This document shows, piece after piece, positions 29,316 to 38,775 of a stretch of 64,000 nucleotides of DNA. This DNA is from an uncultured Clostridiaceae bacterium (GTDB lineage Bacteria; Bacillota; Clostridia; TANB77; CAG-465): positions 1,817 to 65,816 of the forward strand of contig CAZZFS010000005.1 of assembly GCA_964653805.1 (NCBI GenBank). Direction: 5' to 3'. Positions within the stretch are counted from its first letter, which is position 1. The number at the start of each line of letters is the position of its first letter. The notes below the pieces were generated by a model. That model worked only from the letters and a program-made list of their open reading frames with translations. It made no database searches and was not told the origin of the DNA. Made by a program: the position numbers and the translations under genes.

Positions 29316-30266
29316 TTATATATTTTGATCTACATCAAAATCCATTATATTTTTACCATCTTCTTTTAATCCACAATATATAATTTCTACTTTAAAGTTA
29401 CCTTTTAATTTATTTATATTGCTAATTGTTTTTTGTATAACATCCTTTTTCATTATTTTTTTTATCTTATTCTCTTCTTTTTTATTTTCAATTGTATAAC
29501 CTAGTATAATACAATATTTTATATTTTCAATATTGTTTATATAATCTTCTTTTATATCTAAATCTAGTAATTGTGCAAGTAATTTAATATTTTCTTTTTC
29601 TTTTTGTAAATTTATTTTCGGTAAAAATTCGTATGCGGATTTTAAATGTTTTTCTATACTAGGTTTACTCTCTTTATTTTTAGCTTCCGATTCTCCTACT
29701 GTTCCACATGCATCTGAATTATATTTTACTTCTATATATACTAAAGATTTATCTTCTTTATCTATCCCAACCATATCAGTACGGTCAATAATTTTCTTAC
29801 TATCAGTTCTTTTATTATCTTCCATATCAATAAACTGTAAATTATTCACTCCTTTTTTATATAGCAAATTCTGAAATTGATATTCCTTATATGAGCGAAC
29901 ATTTTTTATATATAAATCAATTGATTCTTTACAATCTCTTACTATCGAATTAAAATCCACTTTTAATTTTTCTATATTCTTATAATTCATACTTTCTAAT
30001 ATTTTTTTATACTTACTAATATCCCCTATATTATGTGATTTGTTTGTATTAAACACGTTACTGCATGTTGTAATTTTTTTTAATTCTAGCTTTAATAAAT
30101 TAAGTTTTTTATAATATATTTGAATAGCATTTTTTCTTATACAAAATGCTAAATCTGTATCATTTTTGCAATATTCCCTAAAGAATATTATATGTTTATC
30201 ATTTAACTCTAAAAACTCATTACTAAGTTTTCTATCCATTATAATTGTTTCTTCCATATCCATCAT
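29316..30266 (-). CDS. hypothetical protein with a possible PD-(D/E)xK core
   Basis: RTDMVGIDKEDKSLVYIEVKY fits a D...ExK pattern. The ATG at 30266 follows a GGAGGG RBS, 16 nt after the MBL gene stop. Confidence 0.4.
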   Translation of the reverse strand: MMDMEETIIMDRKLSNEFLELNDKHIIFFREYCKNDTDLAFCIRKNAIQIYYKKLNLLKLELKKITTCSNVFNTNKSHNIGDISKYKKILESMNYKNIEKLKVDFNSIVRDCKESIDLYIKNVRSYKEYQFQNLLYKKGVNNLQFIDMEDNKRTDSKKIIDRTDMVGIDKEDKSLVYIEVKYNSDACGTVGESEAKNKESKPSIEKHLKSAYEFLPKINLQKEKENIKLLAQLLDLDIKEDYINNIENIKYCIILGYTIENKKEENKIKKIMKKDVIQKTISNINKLKGNFKVEIIYCGLKEDGKNIMDFDVDQNI

Positions 30267-30282
30267 AATTTTTTCCACCCTC

Positions 30283-31521
30283 CTATATTTCAACCTCTTC
30301 ATTATCTTGTATATCACTTGCCTCTTTATATAACTTCAAAAACTCCTTTCTATTTTCAGTATGTATTGGTATTATTTTATCACACTTAGTTATTTTAATT
30401 AAATCCTCTATATCTTTTCTTGTAGCATGACCACTTGTGTGTATATCTATTATAGGTATATTCATTTCTGTTATTTTTTTCAAATCTTCTTTCATCTTAT
30501 CTGTTTCTTTATAATCATTCCACATACTATATATAAATACAGGTTTATCAATCTTATTTTTGCTATATAACTCTTGTATATATTCTACAAAATTACTTCT
30601 TAACATTAATACATATGAATTGTTTAATTTCTCTTCTTTTATAATGTATTTTCCTATCCAGTTAATATATTTTTCTGGGAATTCTTTATTTCTATTTGGA
30701 ATATATACTTTTACAGTTTCAAATGTTACTGGATTAGGAATGCTTATACAACTTTTTTTATCTATAGCTATCATCTTTGTTAAATTTGCTAAATATACAT
30801 CTTGTATAAATAACTTATTTGTTTTAATACTAGCCTTATATAAAGAACATACTCTATCTATATTAGTTGAAGCTGACAATACAAATACTTGATTATATTT
30901 ACTAAATATATTTTTGCATTCTTTTATTACATCTTCTTCTGTTTCAATTCTTTTTTTGTTATTTGATATATTAGTTCCTTCACATATTACAGTGTCAAAT
31001 TTCCCATATTTACTTATTCTATTTAATTGACCTTTACCTTTATATCCACTTGTTCTAAAATCTCCCGTGTGTAATATTTTCTTACCATCTGCTTCTATAA
31101 CAAACATAGCAGAATTGTATGCACTATGGTCAGCTATAATTGGTGTTATTTTAATATCTCCTATTAATATAGTTTTATTAAATTCAAAAAAATTAGCATT
31201 AAGTATTTTCCTGCCACAAGTTATATCTATATACATATTATGCATTTTGCAAGTTACCATATCAATATATTTGGGTATATCTTTTAATATGTATTCTTGA
31301 AGGCCTAAATGATCTCCATGATAATGTGTGAAAAATATTGCATCATATTGTTTATTTCCAATAGTCAAACCTTCTATATTTGGATTTTTTTCTTTGATTC
31401 TTTTTTCACACACCTTACCTAACTCTTCGCCTATATCAATAATTATTTTTGTTGTTTTTGTAGATATTTCAGTAATACAACCACCTATTTGATTAGTTCC
31501 TCTTATTACTTTAATATTCAT
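30283..31521 (-). CDS. beta-CASP family metallo-beta-lactamase-fold nuclease (RNase J/Artemis-like)
   Basis: THYHGDHLG (HxHxDH), ADHSAYNS, HTGDFR, VICEGT (motif A), HTSGHA (motif B) and PIHTE (motif C), in canonical order. Confidence 0.8.
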   Translation of the reverse strand: MNIKVIRGTNQIGGCITEISTKTTKIIIDIGEELGKVCEKRIKEKNPNIEGLTIGNKQYDAIFFTHYHGDHLGLQEYILKDIPKYIDMVTCKMHNMYIDITCGRKILNANFFEFNKTILIGDIKITPIIADHSAYNSAMFVIEADGKKILHTGDFRTSGYKGKGQLNRISKYGKFDTVICEGTNISNNKKRIETEEDVIKECKNIFSKYNQVFVLSASTNIDRVCSLYKASIKTNKLFIQDVYLANLTKMIAIDKKSCISIPNPVTFETVKVYIPNRNKEFPEKYINWIGKYIIKEEKLNNSYVLMLRSNFVEYIQELYSKNKIDKPVFIYSMWNDYKETDKMKEDLKKITEMNIPIIDIHTSGHATRKDIEDLIKITKCDKIIPIHTENRKEFLKLYKEASDIQDNEEVEI

Positions 31522-31523
31522 AA

Positions 31524-32678
31524 CTACATACCTTTGTTTTCTTTCGATATAACATCTTCAATATAATCATTAATAACAGTGTAACTATTTAATGCAGCTA
31601 ATTTTTCTTCTGATATTTCTATTATATTTTTAGATAATAGTATTTTATTTTTATATATTATACATTCATCTTGTTTTGATTTTGTCTTATCATATGATAT
31701 ATAGTTTTTTAATATTGTATAATATTGACCTTTAATGAATTTTAATGAAGAGCTGTTTTCTAAATATTTTTCTTCTTCAAAATATTTTTGTATATATTTA
31801 TCTTCTAAAATTTTACCGTTTGCTATATACCATTCTTTCATTTTTTCTATATTTAAAACATAGCCTGATGTATTATCATCATATTCATATATTTCCATTG
31901 CCTTAACAAGTTCTTTATTGTCATTATACCATTTACATTGTTTTTTTAGTAATGATAATTTGTATTTAGATAATTTTTCTTCTTTTGTTTTTATAACTTC
32001 TTCATCTACTAATATTTTTGCAATACTTATATTATTATCTAAAATACCAAATTTTCCAGATTTATTATTCTCATCATATACAATACTTATATGATTTTCA
32101 TTTATATCATCAAACACAATTCTTATTTGGCTTATTTTTGATCTAACATAATTTCTATTATGCATATCACTATATTCCATTGCATTTTCATCTACTTTAA
32201 AGATATTTTTATTTTTGAATTTTTTGAATATAAAAGTATCTTTAATAATATCTAAATTATAATTAAGATATCCAACATACGTTTTTAATGGATAATTTAT
32301 TTTATAAAATGCAATGATATAACTCAAATTACATATAGATTTATATTTATTAGGATATACTTTTTTAAAAATATTTTCCAACTCTTCATATGTTAATGGT
32401 TTTACCATCTCTAATATTCTTTGAAACAATAAATCTCCTAATATATTTAAAATAGGATCCCATCCATGTTTATAATTACAAATTAGATATATTATATTTT
32501 CAACTGCTTTATCTGAATAGTCTATTTCTTTATTTATTTCCAAATATTCTAAAAAACTTTCTAATTCATTTTCTTCTTCTAATTCATCATCTAATGTTTT
32601 AATTTCATATAAATCTTTAAAAAAATTTATTTCTTCCATTAACTCCTCTGGGTTTAGTTCATCTTTATTATTTTTCAC
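31524..32678 (-). CDS. hypothetical protein, first gene of the nuclease operon
   Basis: The GTG at 32678 lies 9 nt after AGGAGG (the track's TTG start at 32702 lies upstream of the RBS). Acidic N-terminus. The segment KPLTYEELENIFKKVYPNKYKSICNLSYIIAFYKINYPLKTYVGYL weakly recalls the PolC/DnaE KP.tF.eL and AYFKvHyPl.fY.a motifs. Confidence 0.5.
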   Translation of the reverse strand: MKNNKDELNPEELMEEINFFKDLYEIKTLDDELEEENELESFLEYLEINKEIDYSDKAVENIIYLICNYKHGWDPILNILGDLLFQRILEMVKPLTYEELENIFKKVYPNKYKSICNLSYIIAFYKINYPLKTYVGYLNYNLDIIKDTFIFKKFKNKNIFKVDENAMEYSDMHNRNYVRSKISQIRIVFDDINENHISIVYDENNKSGKFGILDNNISIAKILVDEEVIKTKEEKLSKYKLSLLKKQCKWYNDNKELVKAMEIYEYDDNTSGYVLNIEKMKEWYIANGKILEDKYIQKYFEEEKYLENSSSLKFIKGQYYTILKNYISYDKTKSKQDECIIYKNKILLSKNIIEISEEKLAALNSYTVINDYIEDVISKENKGM

Positions 32679-32949
32679 TCTAACATACCTCCTAATTTTC
32701 AAAATATTTATTTGGAAATATTATACTCCTTTTTTATAAAACAAACAATACCAAAGCTATCTTTTTGTAATATTTTGTAAGGAAATCTCAATTTTATACT
32801 TTTAAATCAATTCTATTACTTATTAAAATAAAAATAAATAGACTAATGTAATATGGGCAAAAGTTGTCATATTATATATTGATATCATTGCTAATAGCTC
32901 TCTAATGATATATAATATATGTATTAATATATCTAAGGAGGGGTGAAAA

Positions 32950-33939
32950 ATGAAAAGATTTGATTTTACAAAAGGTGTAGAAAAATTAATAGATCCAATA
33001 AATGTAGGTTCTCTTCATTTCATGCAATTTTTTAATAATTTACTACCAAAAAATATTCAGCGCAAACTAGTAACTTCAGCTTCAAAAAAAACACCATATA
33101 TGGGTTTTGTAGTAGAACCATATAGTTATTTTTTATGTTATGAAATACAAGATATAAAAAAAGCTAAATCTTTACTTCCTGAAGGTTTTGAATTAATTAA
33201 AACACATATCTTTGATAATGATGAACCAAAGTATTATTGTATTTTTGGTTGTATCAATGCTCATACAAGTGCTTTTTTAGGTCTTAGAGTAGAATTTTAT
33301 ATAATTGCAGAAGATAAAAAAACTGGCTTACTTAGTTGGATAATTGTTGACTATGATACTAATACAATAAGTTATGATAAAAAACAAGGTCTTATGAATC
33401 CAAATGCTAGTAATTCATTAATTACGATAAATTATGATGGTACTTTGATTGTTGATGTTAATAGAAATGATAATAGTAGAAATTTAATATTTGAAAGTGA
33501 TATTAAAACAGGAGTAATGAAATCTTTAGATCAAAGATTATGGTTAGAAGGTAATCTTTCAATTGGATATGGCAAAAGTATTTCAAGAAATGATGCTGAT
33601 ATCTTTTCACTTAAATTTGATCCTTTAGAAGTAGAAAAAGCTTTAGATATTCCTATTTCTAGTTTAAATATGCAAGTAAATTCATGGTTTCCTGGATTAT
33701 TTAAAGATACGCCTTCTAAATTAGTTTGTTTCCCTTATGCTCAACATTTTATATCAGACAGTCCTGGTTATTCAAGTAATCTAAAAGATAAAGATGAACT
33801 TGTTTTAGCATTAGAAAAAGTAGATTTTGAAAAAATTAATGTTTTTTCAACTAAATCTTTCAAAACAATGTTTTTAGTTGGACCTATTATTTCGTTTTTA
33901 ATAACTTTATCACTTTTAATTATGTTGTTTTTAAAATAG
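32950..33939 (+). CDS. hypothetical protein with a C-terminal membrane anchor
   Basis: 329 aa with an AAGGAGGGG RBS. The terminal helix is FLVGPIISFLITLSLLIMLFL. No motif recognised. Confidence 0.5.
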   Translation: MKRFDFTKGVEKLIDPINVGSLHFMQFFNNLLPKNIQRKLVTSASKKTPYMGFVVEPYSYFLCYEIQDIKKAKSLLPEGFELIKTHIFDNDEPKYYCIFGCINAHTSAFLGLRVEFYIIAEDKKTGLLSWIIVDYDTNTISYDKKQGLMNPNASNSLITINYDGTLIVDVNRNDNSRNLIFESDIKTGVMKSLDQRLWLEGNLSIGYGKSISRNDADIFSLKFDPLEVEKALDIPISSLNMQVNSWFPGLFKDTPSKLVCFPYAQHFISDSPGYSSNLKDKDELVLALEKVDFEKINVFSTKSFKTMFLVGPIISFLITLSLLIMLFLK

Positions 33940-33985
33940 TGTAAAAACACATATTATATTTTAGTTATAACCTATTCATATTTAT

Positions 33986-34021
33986 AAACACCAGTTATTA
34001 TATGTAATACCTGGTGTTTTG
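33986..34021 (+). terminator. rho-independent terminator
   Basis: aaacaccag ... ctggtgtttt. Confidence 0.6.
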
Positions 34022-34133
34022 CTCAACATAATGTATTGAAATCCATATTAATTTGTGTTATAATACATTTCAATATAACTATTTTAAATATCCATTATTA
34101 AGGATATTATTTTTTTTCAAAAAGGAGTTTATT

Positions 34134-34412
34134 ATGAAATTATCAAAAAAAGTAAGAAAAAATGGTTTACCATTAGAACAAAGATGTACAGGAAAAAATC
34201 ATGGTGGTGGTGGATGTGGATCTCGGTTTTTAATAATGCATGAAAATGCTATTCTTCGTACTTGCTCTATTCATTCTGTTAGTCCTTTTAAGTATTATGT
34301 TTATGTTTTTTATACTTTTAAATGTCCCGATTGTGGAGTTCAAAGTAATATTCCAGTTAGAAAAATTCATCTTAGACTAAGAAGGCGGCTTGATAAAAAG
34401 TTTTTCGTATAA
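34134..34412 (+). CDS. small Cys-containing basic protein (possible zinc ribbon)
   Basis: The ATG at 34134 follows an AAAGGAG RBS. 92 aa with C-x10-C and CPDCG pairs and a basic tail. Confidence 0.4.
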   Translation: MKLSKKVRKNGLPLEQRCTGKNHGGGGCGSRFLIMHENAILRTCSIHSVSPFKYYVYVFYTFKCPDCGVQSNIPVRKIHLRLRRRLDKKFFV

Positions 34413-34452
34413 AAAGCATATAAAATTGTATTAATATTTTGAATTTAAGCTC

Positions 34453-34486
34453 AAAAAAACAGAACTAAATTAGTTCTGTTTTTTTA
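34453..34486. terminator. bidirectional terminator between convergent genes
   Basis: A7-cagaacta-aat-tagttctg-T7. Confidence 0.7.
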
Positions 34487-34501
34487 TTTCTTTAATATTT
34501 T

Positions 34502-34888
34502 TTATTTTTGTTTTTTGGTTTTGTTTTCAAACTTGTTTCTTGCAATTATCCAAGTTTTTTTAGTGTTGCTTTTTTCTGGTAATTTTGTAATGTCAATTCT
34601 AACTACATCTTCATCATGGTAATAATCCTCTAATTCCTCAAAAATTTCATTGCCTTTAGATTCTAATTCGCAAATACCACGAACTCCTCTTAAAACTACT
34701 TTATACCAATTTTTGTCATCGTTTAGTATTTCACTACCAACTGAGTTACAAAAAGCTTCTTCCCATTCCTCAATTATCAACAATGGTGACATAAGATTTT
34801 CATCATACTTATTTACCACTGTAACCTGAACATTGAACTCATTCTTTAATAAAGCACAAATTTCTCGTCTACACTCTTTAGTTAACAT
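34502..34888 (-). CDS. hypothetical acidic protein
   Basis: The ATG at 34888 (MLTKECRRE) follows a GGAGGA RBS, with a TTGACG-17-TATAAT promoter upstream. Confidence 0.5.
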   Translation of the reverse strand: MLTKECRREICALLKNEFNVQVTVVNKYDENLMSPLLIIEEWEEAFCNSVGSEILNDDKNWYKVVLRGVRGICELESKGNEIFEELEDYYHDEDVVRIDITKLPEKSNTKKTWIIARNKFENKTKKQK

Positions 34889-35024
34889 TATTATTTCCTC
34901 CAAAATATTAATTTATTTAGAACATATATAAATAATTTATATGTATATTATAACATTTTAATATCGTTTCGTCAATGTTTATGTAAACTATCGAATGTTT
35001 TTTTATTATTATATCTATTCTACA

Positions 35025-35801
35025 TTATGGTTGCATTACACCAGAAAATACTAACCAAGCTAACACTGTTTTAGCTAAAAGACTTAACACTATATATGTT
35101 TTTTCACCATATAAGTAATCTTTCCATTTACCAACTTTTTTATATTGCAAAATCATATTTATTGGAAATAGATTGAAAAATACAAAATATGATCCAAATA
35201 TTGCATAAACAAACCAAGGAACTTCTGCCGGATTACTATTTCCAAAAGCATACATTATTATTACTATCCAAGGTATAACTCCTGCAATACTTCCATATAT
35301 AAATGGTGACCAATCTGTTTTTTTAGTATATTGATTTAATTTTTCCATTAAAAGTCCAAATAAGTTCATTGATGCATTTAATCCAAATATAAGTAACAAA
35401 GCACCTATATCGTAAATACCAAACAATACACTTATTAATACAATCATTATAGATGAGCTAATTGAATATTCATACCATCTAAATGAATTCATGTTATTTG
35501 TAATTTGTTCATTATATTTTTTATTAAATGTTTTTGATACTACTATAAAATGAAATAGTGCTGATAGGAATAAAAATACTGATACTAATATCCCATATGG
35601 AAGCAAAAATAATTCCTTTTGCTCAGTTACTAATCTCATTTGAGTACTATCAAATGTTAAAAAATAAGATACTATTTGTGGTTTAAAGTTTGCAACTTTT
35701 TCCACGTTTAAAGATATAACAAGCATTATAATGCCTTGTATAAAATGAAACATTCCCATTATAAGATTAAACTTTTTTAATGAATTTAATTTTTCACTCA
35801 T
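35025..35801 (-). CDS. heliorhodopsin
   Basis: 258 aa from the ATG at 35801 (AGGAGGAG RBS). LSALFHFIVVS, FRWYEYSISSSIMIVLI, FGLNASMNLFGLLMEK, GVIPWIVIIMY and YIVLSLLAKTVLAWLVFSG match the hallmark helices of heliorhodopsin 48C12 as I recall them, including the Schiff-base Lys (SLLAK) and the Glu of RWxEYS. Confidence 0.85.
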   Translation of the reverse strand: MSEKLNSLKKFNLIMGMFHFIQGIIMLVISLNVEKVANFKPQIVSYFLTFDSTQMRLVTEQKELFLLPYGILVSVFLFLSALFHFIVVSKTFNKKYNEQITNNMNSFRWYEYSISSSIMIVLISVLFGIYDIGALLLIFGLNASMNLFGLLMEKLNQYTKKTDWSPFIYGSIAGVIPWIVIIMYAFGNSNPAEVPWFVYAIFGSYFVFFNLFPINMILQYKKVGKWKDYLYGEKTYIVLSLLAKTVLAWLVFSGVMQP

Positions 35802-35906
35802 AAAAATCTCCTCCTTATATAAAAACATTATACACCTCAAAATTTTATTTTGCAACAAATTAATAATTTTAGATAATTTTAATGACATTAATTATATTTT
35901 ATTTAC

Positions 35907-35950
35907 AAAAAAAAACAATGCATAAAATTTTACTTTTATACATTGTTTAT
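35907..35950 (-). terminator. hairpin terminator (near-identical copy of 14389-14430)
   Basis: aaaaaaaaacaatgcataaaa-ttttac-ttttatacattgttt. Confidence 0.55.
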
Positions 35951-36003
35951 TCTTTTTTGTTATTGCTTTTAATTGTTTTACTATTTACTTTCATAGACAC
36001 CTT

Positions 36004-37380
36004 TTATCCTACTAAAACTACATTGTTTAATGAGCCCACTAAACTTTGTGCAAATATCATGTCATCTATTACTACATTTGGAACAAAAGAATCCGAAAGT
36101 CTAATAAATTTTTGTTCGTTTATACTTTCAGTAAAGTATATTATTTGTCTATATTTGTGTGAATTTTCAAACCCCTCTCGTATAACGATTATATCGTTAT
36201 CTTTTATTACATTGTTTGGATAACGATGATATCTTCTTTTATAGATATCATTTACAATACGATGCAATACAATTACATTTATATTGTTTTCACTTAAGAA
36301 TATATAGTCTTCGTATATCTTCTTTATAAAGGGTAATTGTTTTATATCTTGTATGACCTCAGGATACTGTATATTCGATTTGTTTAGCACTTTTATATAA
36401 TTACTAACTAAATCTTGATGTTCGCTTAAATTGTCATTTGAGCTGTAAATGTCTGTTTGAAAAATACATTCTTCTAAGTCTATTTTCTCTGTCCCTTTCC
36501 GTATATATAGTGATTTTAAATTTTGAACTTTCGCAAGTGCGTGAATCGTTTTGTCCGAAGTTAACAGCATAAAATAGTTTTCATATACGGTTGATATTAT
36601 ATTAAAGTCAATATTGTTATCTACCCATATGTCATTTATTTTTGATGGCATTAACTTGTTTGTAATAATTTGAATCTTTTTCTTTTCAATTAATAGCTTT
36701 ACTGTTTTAAGTAGATCTGTTACCTTCTTTTCTTTAAATGTTGCTATTTTGTTTAACTCTATTAGAGTTTGAATTGAAATCCCCAAAACATTTTCTTCTT
36801 TTTGACTCAAGTATTTTTGTATTACTGGCATATTATGAATAACAACTGAAGTATCAATTAGACATTTTGGAATACAGCTACATTCTTTTAAATCAAATCT
36901 GTTTTCACCGGCAAAAAATTCTGCTATTTTGTTTTTAAAATTCTCATATGCTAAATCTTTATCACTTTCACAATATACAGAGAAATCCTCATATATTATT
37001 TCTATTGATTTAGATAAAGCAATATAGCACATTATTTTATCACCACTAATTAGTATAGCTTTGTATTTTAAAGCTACAGCTAATATATAGAAATCGACCA
37101 AATCATCATCCCAATATGAAACAACAGAACTAGGTTTTATAATTTCTTCTATTACTTTTGCTTTTCCTTGTTCTTTAAATTTTTCAATTTCTTCTAATGC
37201 TAAAACAGCTTCAATATTATTGATTTTTGTTAAATGTTCTAATTCTTGAATAACTTTTATTGGAATTAAATATTTAACATTTTCATTTTCTGATACATAT
37301 CTAACAACACTTTCTAAACTATGCATATATACATTTGTGTCTAGAACAAATAATAATTCTTCATTTTTCCGTCCGAACAT
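36004..37380 (-). CDS. tandem PIN-domain protein with an unassigned C-terminal domain
   Basis: PIN 1: FVLDTNVYMH...IPIKVIQELEHL...ILISGDKIM. PIN 2: CLIDTSVVIH...ISIQTLIELNKI...MLLTSDKTIH. About 150 further residues are unassigned. Confidence 0.6.
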   Translation of the reverse strand: MFGRKNEELLFVLDTNVYMHSLESVVRYVSENENVKYLIPIKVIQELEHLTKINNIEAVLALEEIEKFKEQGKAKVIEEIIKPSSVVSYWDDDLVDFYILAVALKYKAILISGDKIMCYIALSKSIEIIYEDFSVYCESDKDLAYENFKNKIAEFFAGENRFDLKECSCIPKCLIDTSVVIHNMPVIQKYLSQKEENVLGISIQTLIELNKIATFKEKKVTDLLKTVKLLIEKKKIQIITNKLMPSKINDIWVDNNIDFNIISTVYENYFMLLTSDKTIHALAKVQNLKSLYIRKGTEKIDLEECIFQTDIYSSNDNLSEHQDLVSNYIKVLNKSNIQYPEVIQDIKQLPFIKKIYEDYIFLSENNINVIVLHRIVNDIYKRRYHRYPNNVIKDNDIIVIREGFENSHKYRQIIYFTESINEQKFIRLSDSFVPNVVIDDMIFAQSLVGSLNNVVLVG

Positions 37381-37575
37381 TTTAAGTATTCCTCCTAAAA
37401 ATTATTTTTATAGCAAAACTTTTTTATTGAGAAAATTATACCACTTAAATATCAATATGTAAAGCATATTTTTCTACACTTTATATATTAATATTTATAT
37501 ATTTTTTTAACTTGTTTAAAACAAAAAAAGCAAACTATATAATATATATAATTCACTTTTTTGTTTTTTGTTTTT

Positions 37576-37920
37576 TCAGCAAGTTTTTAGTAAAAATACA
37601 AGTTTTTTTTCATCTTCACTTAATTCCCGACCAAGAAGATTCATTCTTTTTTGTAAATTTGCCTTTTCATCGTCGCTCATTTTCTGTACTATAATTACAG
37701 AGTCTGATAGTTTAAGTCTTGCTAACTTAATTATCTGTTCTTCTTCTAGTAATACTTCTGCTCTTTCAATAGCTTTTAAAGCTATATCATTGCAAGCATT
37801 TTTCGCTGCTTCAAGAAGATTTTCTTTATCTTGATTACTCAAGTATTGAATTGTTTCTCTTGCAGATTCCGGCTTGTTAGTTATATTAACTAACATCAAT
37901 CTAATTTCTAAATCATTCAT
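37576..37920 (-). CDS. hypothetical helical protein (distant family-2 member)
   Basis: 114 aa. The C-terminal SEDEKKLVFLLK resembles LTKLEEEFLVLIK and VTKLERDLLHLLM of the ORFs at 40084 and 38205. Confidence 0.5.
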   Translation of the reverse strand: MNDLEIRLMLVNITNKPESARETIQYLSNQDKENLLEAAKNACNDIALKAIERAEVLLEEEQIIKLARLKLSDSVIIVQKMSDDEKANLQKRMNLLGRELSEDEKKLVFLLKTC

Positions 37921-38204
37921 AATAGTGATACCTCCTTTAGTTAAAATATTTAAGTAACACCAATTATCTTGTTTTTAAGTATATAAATACTTTTTAAAAT
38001 ATTTAATTTAAATAAAAATCAAATAACTAGTTTTACTAAGTTTAGTTTACCACCTTCTTAAAGTTTGTCTGTAAATTATATCACTATATTACCTAAAAGT
38101 CAATTAAGATACTAACCTTGAAATACATAAAAAAAATCACAAAATCCTAAAACTTTACGTTTTTTATTTTTGTGATATTTTTTTAATAAATTAATAATTT
38201 AAAC

Positions 38205-38594
38205 TCAATCATTTGGTGGTTCAAATCTTGTTATAATATAATCTTCCATAAGCAAATGTAAGAGATCTCTTTCTAATTTAGTTACCTTACCAAATTTTAC
38301 TTTTTTGTTAAGAATATAATTTATTTTATTTTCATATTCTTTTGAAAGATTACTTAAGAATTTTTTTCTTTCCGACAAACTCCACTCTACTATAATATCT
38401 ATTGTTTCTAAGATTCCTTTTAATTCTTCTTGTTTAACAATAATTTCACACTCATACAAGTGTTTCGCATTTTGTTGTAAACCATACAGGTGTTTCGAAT
38501 CTTGGTATAACTCATGCAGATATTCCTCATGTTGTTGTAAATCATATAGCAGCATTTCAAACAACTCTTGTTTATCATTATTATTTATCTTCAT
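38205..38594 (-). CDS. hypothetical helical protein, family-2
   Basis: KQELFEMLLYDL ... ERKKFLSNLSKEYENKINYILNKKVKFGKVTKLERDLLHLLMED parallels the ORF at 40084. It has an internal KHLY repeat. Confidence 0.6.
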   Translation of the reverse strand: MKINNNDKQELFEMLLYDLQQHEEYLHELYQDSKHLYGLQQNAKHLYECEIIVKQEELKGILETIDIIVEWSLSERKKFLSNLSKEYENKINYILNKKVKFGKVTKLERDLLHLLMEDYIITRFEPPND

Positions 38595-38775
38595 TAGAAT
38601 AAAAACTCCTTAAACAAATTTGTTTTGGTTTGAAACATTTTTTATTTCTGCGTCATTATATCATTTATTTAGCTATATGTAAATAGCTTTATTGTTATTG
38701 ACATAAAAAACACTTAATATATGTAAACTAAATAGTTTCATATATCAAGTGTTTTAATTTGTTTTTGTATTTTTG

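Noticed and set aside
31524-32678. Calling the first gene of the nuclease operon a DNA polymerase III alpha fragment.
   Set aside because: Only two short motif-like stretches resemble PolC/DnaE, and their spacing is wrong by 100-200 residues. I report it as a weak hint rather than an annotation.
17255-32702. Defence island as an integrated mobile element or prophage remnant.
   Set aside because: The window contains no integrase, recombinase, transposase, tRNA attachment site, flanking direct repeats or phage structural genes. Base composition looks uniform by eye.
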